Source: Isurus oxyrinchus
Taxonomy: Eukaryota
DNA length: 64,000 bases
Assembly: GCA_026770705.1 (NCBI GenBank)
Contig: JANJGN010000021.1
Span: forward strand, 100,936,001 to 101,000,000
Direction of reading: 5' to 3'
Shown: positions 37,770 to 50,451 of the stretch, piece after piece
Numbering within the stretch: position 1 is the stretch's first letter
Layout: the number at the start of each line of letters is the position of its first letter
Program-made: the position numbers and the translations under genes
The notes under the pieces: model-generated
The model's input: only the letters and a program-made list of their open reading frames with translations
What the model was told of the DNA's origin: nothing
The model's database searches: none

Positions 37770-40700
37770 CCAAGTCAGCCAAAGGATCTTGGATCGGAAG
37801 GTCTAGAATCCTTATGGGTGGAGGTAAGAAATAACAAAGGGAACAATGCGCTGGTGGGAGCAGTCTATAGCCTCCCTGACAGTAGCTATCACGTGATAAT
37901 GAGAGCATGTAAAAAAGGCTGTACATTATTCATGGCTAACTTTAATCTTCATGTAGATTGCGAAAATCAAATTGGCAGAGATAGACACGAGCAAGGATTA
38001 ATAGAGTGTATTCAAAACAGTTCCTTAGAACAATATGTTGTGAATCCAACCAAGATTCAGGCTATTTTGGATCTGGTAATGTGTAATGAGGCAGGGTTAA
38101 TAAATGGTCTCAGCGTGAAGAATCCCCTAGGAAACAGTGACGATAATATGGTAGAATTTAGCATTCAGTTTGAGGGTGACTTGGTCAGAAACAACTGTGC
38201 TAAACTTAAATAAGGGTAATTACAAAGGAATTAGGGCAAGGCTGGCGGAAGTGGACTGGGGCAGCAGTTTAGCAGAAAAGATGGTTGATGAACAATGCCA
38301 GATATTTAAGAAAGTAGTTCATGACTCTCAGCAAAGATATATCCCAGTGAGGAAGAAGAATTCAAAGAACCAACCATGGTTAACCAAGGACGTTAAGGAC
38401 AGTATCAAATTGAAAGAAAAAACAAACAATGTGGCAACGATTAGTGGTAAGCCAGAGGATTGAGAAAGTTTTAAAAACCAACAAAAGATCACCAAAAAAT
38501 AATAAAGAGGGAGAAAATAAACTTTGATGGTAAACTGGCAAGTAATATAAAACAGGCAGTAAAATTTCCTTTAAACATACATAGAAACATACATAGAAAA
38601 TATGAGCAGAAGGAGGCCATTGGGCCCTTCGAGCCTGCTCCACCATCTGAGGAAGGACGTTCTTGCTATACAGGGAGTGCAGCAAAGGTTATCAGACTGA
38701 TTCCTGGGATGGCAGGACTGACATATGAGCAGAGATTGAGTCGGTTAGCATTATATTCGCTGCAGTTCTGATCATCCAACTCGATAGTCTGCTCCTGCTT
38801 TCTTCCTGTATTCTTTGATCCCTTTCGCCCCAGAGGTATATCTAACTCCTTCTTGAAAACGTACAATCATTTTCTGTGGTAGCGAATTCCACAGGCTCAC
38901 CACACTGGGTGAAGAAATTTCTCCTCATCTCAGTCCTAAATGGTCTACCCTGTATCCTCAGACTGTGACCCCTGGTTCTGGACTCCCCCCATCTTCGGTA
39001 TCATCCTTCCTGCATCTACCCTGTCTAGTCCTTTTAGAATTATATCAGTTTCCATGAGGTCCCCCATCATTCTTCTGAACTCCAGCAAATATAATCCTAA
39101 CCGACTCAATCTCTGCTCATATGTCAGTCCCGCCATCCCAGGAATCGGTCTGATTCCTGCACTCCCTGTATAGCGAAAACATCCTTCCTCAGATAAGGAG
39201 ATCAAAACTGTCCACAATATTCCAGGTGTGGTCTCACCAAGGCCCTGTATAATTGCAGCAAGACATCTCTGCTCCTGTACTCGAATCCTCTGGCTATGTA
39301 GGCCAACAAACCATTTGCCTTCTTTACTGCCGGCTGCACCTGCATAGTTAACATCATGTACAAAAGGAAGAGAGGGGCCAAAGTAAACATAGTCCTCTTA
39401 GAGAATGAGGCTGGGGAAATAATAATGGGGAACCAAGAAATGGCAGAGGATTTGAATAAATACTTTGCTTCAGTCTTCACGGCAGAAGATGCTAATAGCA
39501 TTCAAAAATACTAAATGATCAAGGGGAAAAAGGGATGAGGAAATAAATATAATAACTATCACTAGAGAAAAAGTACTAGAAACTAAAGACTGATAGGTCC
39601 CCTGGACCTGATAGGTTGCACCCTAGGGTATTAAAGGAAGTAGCTGCAGGGATAATGGATGCACTTGTAGTAATCTCCCAAGAATCCTTCGATTCTGAAG
39701 AAGTCCCAGAGGATTGGAGAACAGCCAATGTAATACTCTTATTCAACAAGGGAGGGAGACAAAAACAGTTAACTATAGGCCAGTTAGCTTAACATCTGTC
39801 ATTAGGAAAATGTTGGAGTCCATTATAAAGGATGTAATAGCAGACCATTTAGACATACACAATCTAATCAAGCAGAGCCAGCATGGCTTTATGAAGGGGA
39901 AATCATGCCTAACAAATTTATCAAAATGCTTTGAGGAGGTAACAAGCAGGATAGATAAAGGGGAACAGGTGAATGTAAGATATTTGGATTTCCAAAAGGC
40001 ATTTGATATGGTGCCGCACATAAGATTACTTAATAAGGTAAGAGCCCATGGTGTTGGGGGTAGTACATCAGCATGGATAGAGAATTCGCTAACTATTAGA
40101 AGACAGAGAGTTGGGATAAGGGGGGCATTTTCGGGATAGCGACCTGTAACTAGTGGAGAGCCACAGGGATCAGTGCTGGGGCCACAATTATTTACAATAT
40201 ATATTAATGGCTTGGATGAGGGAAGTGAAAGTCCTCTCACCAAATTTGTGGATGACACAAAAAAGGTGGGAAGGTAAGCAGTGAGGATGACACAAAGGGT
40301 CTACATATGGTTATAGACAGGTTAGGAGTGAAGGAAAAGAATTGGCAGATGGAATATAACGTGGGAAAATGTGATGCTAAGCACTTTGGTAGGAAGAATA
40401 GAGAAGTTGAATATTATTTAAATGGAGAAAGACTGCAGAAGGCTGCAGCACAGAGGGATTTGGGAGTCCTTGTGCATGAATCCCAAAAAGCTAACATACA
40501 TGTTCAACGGTTAATAGGGAAGGCAAATGGAATGTTGGCCTTTATTTCAAAGGGATTAGACTATAAAAATAAGGAAGTCTTTCTAAAACTATAGTAGACA
40601 CTCTAGTTAGACCACACCTAGAATACTGTGAACAATTTTGGTCCCCTTATCTAAGAAAAGATATACTAGCATTTGAGGCAGCCCAGAGAAGATTCAATAG

Positions 40701-41180
40701 GTTGATCCCGGGTATGAAGGGATTTTCTTATGAGGGGAGGTTGAGTAGGTTGGGCCTGTACTCATTGGAGTTTGTAGGAATGAGAGGCGACCTTATTGAA
40801 ACATTTAAGATTCTTAGGGGGCCTGACAAGGCAGATGTTGAGAGGTTGTTTCCTCTTGTGGTGGAGTCTACGGCCAGAGAGCATAATCTCAGAGTAAGGG
40901 GGCGCCCACTTAAGCAGAGATGAAGAGGAATCTCTTCTCTCAGAGGGCAATGAACCTGTGGAATTCTTTACAGCAGACGGTTATAAAGGCTGGGTCGTTA
41001 AGTATATTCATTGTTGAGATAGGCAGGTTTCTAATCAGTAAGGCAATCAACGACTATGGGGAAAAGGTAGGTAAGTGTCGTTGAGGATTATCAGATCAAC
41101 CATGGTCTAATTGAATGGCAGAGCAGTCTCGATGAGCTGAATGGAATACTCCTGCTCCCACGCCTTATGGTCTTATGGTC
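37770..41180 (+). mobile_element. Long CR1 LINE ORF2 remnant (endonuclease + RT), frameshifted
   Basis: ORFs with ESLWVE, ILDLV, NYRPVSLTS, QHGFMKGKSCLTNL, YLDFQKAFD.VPH and PQGSVLGP; ttatggtcttatgg tail at about 41165-41180. Confidence 0.92.
38577..39353 (-). mobile_element. CR1 3' fragment nested in opposite orientation
   Basis: acatagaaac tail repeats at 38577-38600; LYRALVRPHLEYC on the minus strand; the host ORF2 sequence resumes at about 39355. Confidence 0.85.
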
Positions 41181-44100
41181 CCTCCGGCCCTGCACTATAT
41201 CGGATCTAATTTGCTCAGCACTTTCCAAATCCATGACATCTGTTAACTAAAAGGACAAGGCCACCAGTAGCAAGGGGGCAGCACACCTGCAAGTTCCCCC
41301 CACCCCCCGTCCCCTAAGCCACCCACCATGCTGACTTTTAACAATGTCGCCCTTCCTCCATTTTCGCTGGGCAAAATCCTGGAACTCCATCCTGAACAAC
41401 ACTGTACATGTACCTACCTCAGGTGGACTGGAACAATCCAAGAAGGTGGCTCACCAACACCTACCCAAGGGCACTTGGAGACGGGCAATGCATGTGACCT
41501 TGCCAGCGGCAATCACATCCCTATAAACCAATTTTAAAAATCCATCACACTTAGTTGCCCGAAAAAGACACAGAGCATAAAATGCTGGAGAATATTTATC
41601 CATCATTATACTATCATGACACACGTTTTCTTTCTGAACACACTGCAACATCGGTCCACACAGGGACCAGCATATTTTCTTTTATTCTTCCATGGGATGG
41701 AGGCGTCGCTGGCAGAGCCAGCATTTGTTGCCCATCCCTAATTGCTCTTGAACTCAGTGGCTTGCTAGACCATTTCAGAGGGCAGTTAAGAGTCAACCAC
41801 ATTGCTGTGGTATGAGGTCACAGGTAGGCCATACCAGGTAAGGATGGCAGGTTTCGCTGATTCATTCCTCACGGCAATGCCTTGTCCAATGAGGGTCAAA
41901 CTGCTGGGTTTAAATTTCTAACAATGCTTAGCAGTTAACTGCCAGTCACTAGGTGCATTCTCCATGGCAACGCTTTACCAATCAAACTGGCCAACCAACC
42001 AACACTTCCTTCTCATACAGTATAAATTGTTGTTTTCTCCTTATATTGGTATTCTTGGGAAGTGTCCTGAATGAGTGTGAGACAAAAATCTTCGACATGT
42101 CTCTGTTTTCAGCAAAACCCAAGTTCTGTACTACCAAACAACTATTAATGCCTCCTTACAGAAGAAAATCTGCAGCCCTTACCTGGCCTGGCCTACATCC
42201 ACAGCAATGTGGTTGACTTTTAGCTGCTTTCTGGAATGAACTCGCAAATTAATTAGTTCGAGGGCAATTAGGGATGGGCAACAAATGTTGGCTCTGCCTC
42301 CATCCCATGGAAGAATAAAATAATATACTCTGGTCTCTGTGCGGGCCGATGTTGCTGTGTGTTCAGAAGGAAAATGTGTGTCGTAATAGTATAACGATGG
42401 ATAAATATTCTTCAGCTCTTTATGCTCTCCCTCGGGAAACTAAGTGTGATGGACTTTTTGAATTGGTTAATGGGGATGTGAGCGTTGCCGGCAAGGCCAC
42501 ATGTATTGCCCGTCTCCAAGTGCCCTTGGGTAGGTGTTGGTGAGCCGCCTTCTTGGATTGTCCCAGTCCACCTGATGTAGGTGCACCCATAGTGCGGTTC
42601 AGAAGGGAGTTCCAGGATTTTCACCCAGCGAAAATAGAGGAAGGGCGACATTGTTAAAAGTCAGCATGGTGGGTGGCTTGGGGGGGTGGATTTTCAGGGG
42701 TGCTGCCCCCTTGCTTCTGGTGCCCTTGTCCTTCTAGACGACAGAGGTCGCGGGTTTGGAAAGTGCTGACCTAATTAGATCCGATATAGTGCAGGGCCGG
42801 CGGGACGTGTGGAATTGACACTAATTTGGGATTTTCCTCATTTCGCATTCCCATGTAAAATTATGCCAATCCAAATGTCTGTCTTTCCACTAGCCTTGGT
42901 AGCCTTTCAATTCCGATTAGAATCCTGCACGCACGGCCGACTAATCGTTTCTTCATTACGTTTCCCTTAGTTGTACTTCCTGTCGATAACGCCATAGTAA
43001 CCATAAGGCAGAAAATGCGTGCTATTTTGCACGATATTTTTCGATGTGCAGTTCAGCTGCTTTTGGTATATGCCTTCCTACTTGGCCACAGTGCCCCACG
43101 CACAAACTGGAGATATCCACGTCCAGTGTCCCAACGCTGACGGTTACTTACTTAATTCGTGTATCAGTTAGTCCCAACATGCTTGAGTACAAGGTAGGAC
43201 ACGTAAAGAGGGCCGGAAATAACGGCTTTTGGACCTGATGTTTTGCCTTTTTGATTTCACTTGATTAGGATTTTTGGGATTAGTGCGCTTCAATTATTTT
43301 TAAATAAAAATAAAGTTATCCGGATAACCGCGAGGAAATTTCCATTCGGGTCTCCTCATTTCAGCTGGCCCTAGCTAAGGCAGAAGATCGGTTTAAGGTC
43401 TGGATAATTGGCTTGGGCCCTTTATGATCTTTTCTGACATTCATGAGGGAGCGGAAAGAAGAAGAGTTGACAAAACTTTGGGACAAGCGGGAGAAAATCC
43501 GAGGAACCATCACCATGGTAATAGCGACTGAATAGAGATATGCAAGAGTCTGTATGGGAGGCGTTGGAAGATAAAGTGAGAGAGCAATTGCTTATTACAG
43601 GATTGTGCAATCATAACAAGAAAATTGGAAACAAAGGAGTCGGTGATGATACCGTTCTATTAAAATCTTCCCACTCTATTCGATAGAAGCTTACATGTGG
43701 TTCGAGTTGCACGGGAATAAGTAAGCAGGAGGTGTGAGGTTAATGCAATTTCAGGCGCTTCGAAAAAGCATGTGGATACATTATCTTTACTTTTAAGCCG
43801 AATTAGCGTGTGCTATTTCTGACGATGCAAAGTTGCCTCAACATCTCAATAAAGTACATTCCTATTAGAATGAAGGAGATGCGGTGAAACATAGTCATCT
43901 ACTGATGTAGTAACATATGGCACATCGTCGCAGTGTGAAGGGTGCGCTAAACTGTCTGAGGAGACGTCTTTTGGGTGTGATATTTAACAGTTGCCCTTCC
44001 TTTTCCCTTTCAAGTAAACCAAAACATCCCAAGAGACTATTTCGAAGAGGAACAGAGTTCGCATTGTTCTAGCCAATATGGAATCCTCAACCAACACAGG

Positions 44101-45239
44101 AAAACATAGATTATCTGGTCATTATCATATTGCTGTTTATGGGACTTTACTGCTCGCAAATGCACTCCTGCATTTTATATATTGCAACATTAACCATTCT
44201 TCTGCAATATTTTATGGTCTGTAAAGCGCGTTGGGACGCCCAGGTCATCGAACGAGGCTGCTATAAAAATGCGAGTGGTTTTAGAAATCACAGAATTGAT
44301 TGACTCGGAGCACGTCATCTGATGTAAGTAAATAAATCAGCTCCTTTACGAGATTTATTTTCGTATTTTATGCCGAGAATTCACCCGGATTGATCAATTG
44401 TTCGCAAACTCGAGGAATATCTTTGGAAAGAATAGGTGATCCATCCGAGTAGATTGGTTCTAGGCATTAAACCAATCTGGAGAGGCCCGGATATCTCTCG
44501 CTGTGACACCAACATTGGAATCTGGCTGTGCAGCTGCGACCTGTTGCCAAGCCCAAAGTCAGCTTGCGGCTCACTTGGAAGAAGAATTCGCTCACGGTAC
44601 TGTACAAGAGACTAAAAGACCAGGCAGCCTCCTTGGAAAGACAGCTGGTGAAGCCCAGTCTCTTCTCTAAAGACATGCGATGCATTACACCAACTGAAAT
44701 TAATACATTTGGAGTTAGGAATTTTGTGTCCGCCGGGGGGCAGAGCTCTACAGAGATTCAGGTGAAAAAAGACCTTCAGCAGTAACAGCTTCCCTGTCTA
44801 CAGCGCCTTCAGCGTCCTAAAAGGCGTCTCGGCCCTTCACTGAAATGTTATGAAAGCACAAATTTGCCACCCAGCCACCTAAAGAGATATTAGGTTAGGT
44901 GCCTGGAAGCTTGATCTAAGATGTAGGTTTTAAGCACTGCCTTGAGTGTGTGGAGAGAATTAGAGAGGTTTTAATGTTTAGCAAGGAAATTCCAGAATTG
45001 AGGTGGCAATATGGCTGCCAATTTCGGTGCACTGAAAGCCGGTGATGCGCAAGAGGCCAGAGTTAGAAGAATGCCGAGACCTTCGAGGGTTCCAGGGCTG
45101 AAGGAAGTTACAGCGATGGGGAGGGGCCAGACCCCGGAGGGAATTGTAAACAAACTTTGGGAGTCGTAGCCAAATTTGGGCATCTAATTCCATCATTGTC
45201 CCTCAGACTAAACTCAGCCTTGGAAATGATTTCGTTTTG

Positions 45240-46780
45240 GGGAGAAGGTGGTGCAGTGGTATTTTCATGGGACTAGTAATCCAGAGACCTAGGGTAATGC
45301 TTTGGAGACCTGGTTTCGAACCGACAGATGGTGGAATTTGAGTTCAATCAATATCTAACCATGAAATCATTATCTTTTAAAAACCCATCTGGTTCACTAA
45401 TGTCCTTTAGGGAATGTAATCTGCCGTCCTTGCCTAGCCTACATGCGACTCCACACCCACAACAATGTTGCAGACCTTCACTGCCTGCCGAAATGGCCTA
45501 GCAAGCCATTCGGGTGGGGGACATTCATGTCCATCACCAAGAGTGGCTCAGTAGCACCAAACGAAAGTCAATAAGGAATGAAGTTGGAGTGCCCACCCAG
45601 CATCGACCTAGGCACCAGAAACAACAATGACAAACTCAGCCCTGTCGACCCTGCAAAGTCTTCCTTACTAACACATGGTTGCTTGTGAAAGAATTGGGAG
45701 AACTGTCGCACAGACTAGTCAAGCAGCAGACTGACTAGCCACACTCATGGATTCATACCTGAGATAATGTCCAAGACACCACCATCACCATCCCTGGATA
45801 TGTCCTGTCCCAGCCAAAGGACTGACTCAGCAAAGGTGGCTGTGCAGTTGTATACAGTTGGAGGGAGCCCTGAACATCGAGTCTGGACCCCATGAAGTGT
45901 CATGGCATCAGGTCAAACATAGGCAAAGAAACGTTCTGCTCACTAACATGTACCCCACCCCTCAACTCCTTAGTTGATGAATCAGTGCTCCTCCATGTTG
46001 AACACTACTTGGAGGAAGGACTGAGGGTGGCAAGGGCTCAGAATGTATCCCGGGTGGGGACTTCAATGTCAATCACCAAGGGTGTTTCAGTAGCAGCACT
46101 ACAGACCGACTTGGCCGAGTAGCTGCTTAGACAGGGATTGGACCAAGTGGTGAAGGAACCAGCAAGGGGGAAAAACATGTCAGTGTCGGTAGCAGTAAGC
46201 ATTGTACAGTCCTTGCAGAGATGAAGCCCTGTCTTCTTATTGAAAATACATTCCATCGTGTTGTGTGGCATTATCACCGTGCTAAATGGGATAGATTTTA
46301 AGCAGATCTAGCAACTCAAGACTAGGCAACCATGCAGAACTGTGGGCCATGAGCAGCAGAATTGTACTCAACCACAATCTGTGACCTCATGACCTGGCAT
46401 ATCCCCCACTCCACCATTACCACCAAGCTAGTGGAACAAGCCTGGTTCAATGAACAGTGAAGGAGGACATTAACGAGGGATACCTAAAAATGAGGTGTCA
46501 ACTGGTGAAGCTACAACACAGGACTAATTGTATACCAAACAGCAAAAGCAGCTAAGCAATTTCACAACCAATGGATCAGATCTAAGCTCTGCGGCCCTGA
46601 CACATCCAGTCGTGAATGGTGGTGGACAATTAAACAATGCACTGGAGGAGGAGGATCCACAAATATCCCCATCCTCAATGGTGGGGGAGCCCAGCACATC
46701 AGTGCAGAAGATAAGGCTGAAGCATTTGCTACAATCTTCAGCCAGAACTGCCGAGTCAATGACTCATCTTGACTTCCTCA
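45240..46780 (+). mobile_element. tRNA-derived SINE (about 45240-45510) followed by a LINE endonuclease-region fragment
   Basis: ggtggtgcagtggta A-box-like start, aaaacccatctggttcactaatgtcc body; downstream degenerate PGYVLS / GDFN-like EN sequence. Confidence 0.65.
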
Positions 46781-48019
46781 CATAAGTCGATGTCTGTACC
46801 CAGCTTTTTGATAGAGAAGGGTGGGAATTCAGGGTGCAGTGTTGGCTCGGGAGAACTCAAAGCACCTCAAGGGTGCCGCTACCTACCTGGTGAGGCCAGC
46901 TATGAACTGGTGAGCTAGTGGATTCTAACTTGCAGGCTTGAAGAGATGCCAGCTGGTGGAGCATCAATGGGGCATGATGACTCTGAATTCTACCAACAAC
47001 AATATGGAGAACCATGAGTGTATGTGGTTATGTGGTGGCCAAGTATAGTATGCCTCATTCGATATTTGTCACTTGGCGTCAGCTAGATACGTCAAAATTT
47101 ATTAAAGTGGGAATGTATGAAGATGATGCATATTTAGAGTTGAAATCTAGCAACAGCTGCTCCTAATCCTCATATGCCTCCATACGTGGCACCTCTTAGC
47201 TTCAACCATCGCGTGAACATTTGGAACAAATGATTGGCCTGAGGCGTGCCTTGGATAAAAATATATGGGAACCAGTTGTCACTGCATGACTTTGTACTCC
47301 AACCACTAATAGCATCAATGATCCCTGGATTTGGTCTCTCGGTGTCAGTGGCTCCTGAAATTGGTCTTCCAGTGAATGTGGTCGCTGGATAATGGTCTTA
47401 TGATGTAATTGGTCTCGGGTTTGGTCTTGGTGTAAACCTGAGGCCGGCCAGAACTCCGCTATCTGTGCCTAAATTTGCACCAACTCCCACTCCACTATTA
47501 TCCATGTGCCCATTGACCAATACTGCCTTCATCCCTCCATGGTCTTGCCCCTTCCCATTTCTTTAATCTCCTCCAACCACACAATTCTCCAAAGAGTACC
47601 CTGCGTTTGGTATCCCAGTGAATGTGGTCTCTCGATTTGGTTGCCCCCTGTAAATGGCCTATGAATTTGGTCACGGCTACAATGAGTCGCACTTTCCTGA
47701 TTGTCACTTTGTAAGTGCATCTCCATTTTTCTGTTAAAATGTTATTAAATCCTCATCCATCAGCCTTTCAGGCAAAGCATTACAGGTCACAACAAAATCG
47801 CTGAATTCAAAAAAATAATACTTGCACATCTCCAGCTGACTTTTTGCAAGTTATATCCTCTAGTTGCAGAATGTCAGATTACAATTAATGGATATTAAAA
47901 TTAAATTGATTATCGAGGAGAAATCTAATTTATTCGAAGGAGTAATTGTTTAAGATTTATTAAAAGAACGAGGCTATACATGTTTATTTCTGTCACCAAC
48001 TTGTTTCCTGGATAGATGA

Positions 48020-48720
48020 ACATACAAACATGCGAATTAGGAGTAGGAGGAGGCCACTCGGCCCCTTGAGCCTGTTCTGCTATTCAATAAGTTCATGGGT
48101 GACCTGATTGTAACCTCAACTCCACATTCCCACCTACCCCCGATAACCCTTAAGCCCCTTGTTTAGCAAGAACCTATCGAGCTCTGCCCTAAAAATATTC
48201 AAAGACTCTGCTTCCACTGCCTTTTGAAGGCCCTCAGCAAAAATTTCTCCTCATCTCTGTCTTAAATGGGTGACCCTTTATTTTTAAACTGTGACCCCCC
48301 TAATTCTAGATTCTCCCACAAGGGGAAAGATTCTCTCCACATCCACCCTGTCAAGACCCCTCAGGATCTTATATGTTTCAATCAAGTCGCCTCTCACTCT
48401 TCCAAGCTCCAGCGGATACAAGCCTAGCCTGTCCATCCTTTCTTCATAAAACAGCCCGCCCATTCCAGGTATTAGTTTAGTAATCCTTCTCTCGACTGCT
48501 TCAAACACATTTATATCCTTCCTTAAATAAGGAGACCAGTACTGTATACAATGCTCCAGATGTGGCCTCACCAATGCCCTGTATAACTGAAGCATAACCT
48601 CCCTACTTTTGTATTAATTTCCACCCACTTTAAACGGTAGCATTTTATTAGTTTTCCTAATTACTTGCTGCACCTGCAAAGTGACCTTCTGCGGCTCATG
48701 CACTAGGAGCTCTGCACTCT
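48020..48720 (-). mobile_element. CR1 3' fragment
   Basis: ORF 48284-48595 (LYRALVRPHLEHCIQYWSP...RGDLIETYKIL). Confidence 0.9.
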
Positions 48721-49679
48721 CTGTGTATAGTGGATCTGACCTGAAGCAAAGTGGAGTGGAGGTGGGGGGGCGGGGGGGGGGGGGGGGGGGCGGGTGGGGG
48801 TTGGTGGTTGTGGTGGGGGCGGCATCAGGGCAGTTGGACATTCCAAAAGCGAATTGAAAAGAATGAGAGATAGTCTAATTGATACATGGGCCTGAACAGG
48901 GCAAACGCTAAAAAAATGTTTCCCAGGAAACACGGAGCCAATCTTTCAGAATAAGGAGTCAGTCATTTAGGGCTAAGAAGAGGAGAAATGTATTCATTGA
49001 AAAGGACTGACGATCTTTAGATCAGAAAAGGCTTTGGACGCCCAGCCGTTGAGTATATTCAGGAGAGTGTTGAATAGGTTTTTGAGAACTAGGGGATAGG
49101 AGGATAATGTGGGAAGGTGGAGTTGACGTCGGCCAGCCTTGATGTTGTTGAATAGCAGAACATTCTCGAAGGGCCAAGTGGCCCACTCCAGCCCCTTTCA
49201 TTCAAATTTCGTTCTTGTGTTCTTAGAGGGGATGATTTTTTTTTCTCTGGAATTTCAAATGTAGCAGTTGAAGTCAATACGAACTTGTCGTGTAAACTGC
49301 AGTTGTAATAATCCTAATTCCGGGTGAATGATCCTATCAGTAATTTGCATACCGAGGCATTGCTCTGGATCGCTGCTGACCAGCAGGAGGCACTAGATTG
49401 GCTAATCGGTCAACTCTTCTCACTGACAATGAAGACATATCCTGTTATGCATTCTAACTACTGTTTGATCATGATAAATGTTCTCCTTCTGGATTTAACT
49501 CACGGGTCAATAACAAGTGTTGTGCAACTGCTCTGTTTCGTTTTCCAGTAACTCGCGTTCATAGACGAGAAATCACTGACTAGGAGTGTACAGAAGGAAA
49601 AATAAACCTTTTAGCTTGGATAATTCGACAGTGGCAAACCTCTCCCACATGCATATAAAGTTGAGGCCTCCGTGAAATA

Positions 49680-50075
49680 GGGAAAGGCTGGTATTTATAC
49701 CGCGTCGTTCACAAGCTCGGGACGCCCCAGTTCCACAGTCAATGAAGTACTCTCGACTGTAGTCACTGGTGTACTGTAGGAAACGCGCACAGCAAGATCC
49801 CATGAATAGCGATATGATAATGAACAGATTTTTTATTGTTGATTGAATGTTTAAAATTGGCAAAATAAATCAGGGGTCACGCCCATGCGCTTAGTTCCAA
49901 CAGCGATATGGGGGCGTTTGTAAACCCACTTAACACGTTTAACTTTGTCGTCCGAAACAAGGCACTTCTGACAACTCAATACTCTGTCAGCTTTCCAGCC
50001 AGTCTAAATTTTTGGTCTCAAGAGACCTTCTGGATTCCCAGGTGTGAGTACTACCGACTGAGCTGAGGCTGACGC
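49680..50075 (-). mobile_element. Deu-domain SINE, degenerate
   Basis: ggcacttctgacaactcaatactc...; caatgaagtact...gaagtgtagtcact-like tail. Confidence 0.55.
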
Positions 50076-50451
50076 AAGCGGTTTTCTCTCTCTCTCTCTC
50101 TGCAATAGTGTTCAGCGAAATATTTCATAATTTCCATCATGATGAGCCTCAGTCCGCCATTTCATGTTCGTTTTGGCAGTTTTGTTTTGCTCATTGCGTC
50201 ATGCATTATTCAACGAGCGGACTCGAATTTACAGTGAGATTTTCCTGAAAAACCCGTAGCGGCATTTGGGCTTAGTTTAGCACTACTTCTGTAACAAATC
50301 TGCGCTTCTAAGTATGAAAAAACTTGCTTGTCATCGGGCTGGTACCTGGTTCTCCATTGACTTTATATAGAAGGATTCATGGGGTGGCCGCCTGCTGCTT
50401 ACCTGCCACACACCGGCAGCCATTCATGTTAGTTCTGCAAGTACCAAGTTA

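Noticed and set aside
37767-40923. RT/endonuclease ORFs (also 50559-51938) as functional genes
   Set aside because: Multiple frameshifts, stops and nested insertions; dead CR1 copies.
44467-44785. Overlapping ORFs between NCR3-B and C4
   Set aside because: No recognisable domain in any frame and no convincing exon chain.
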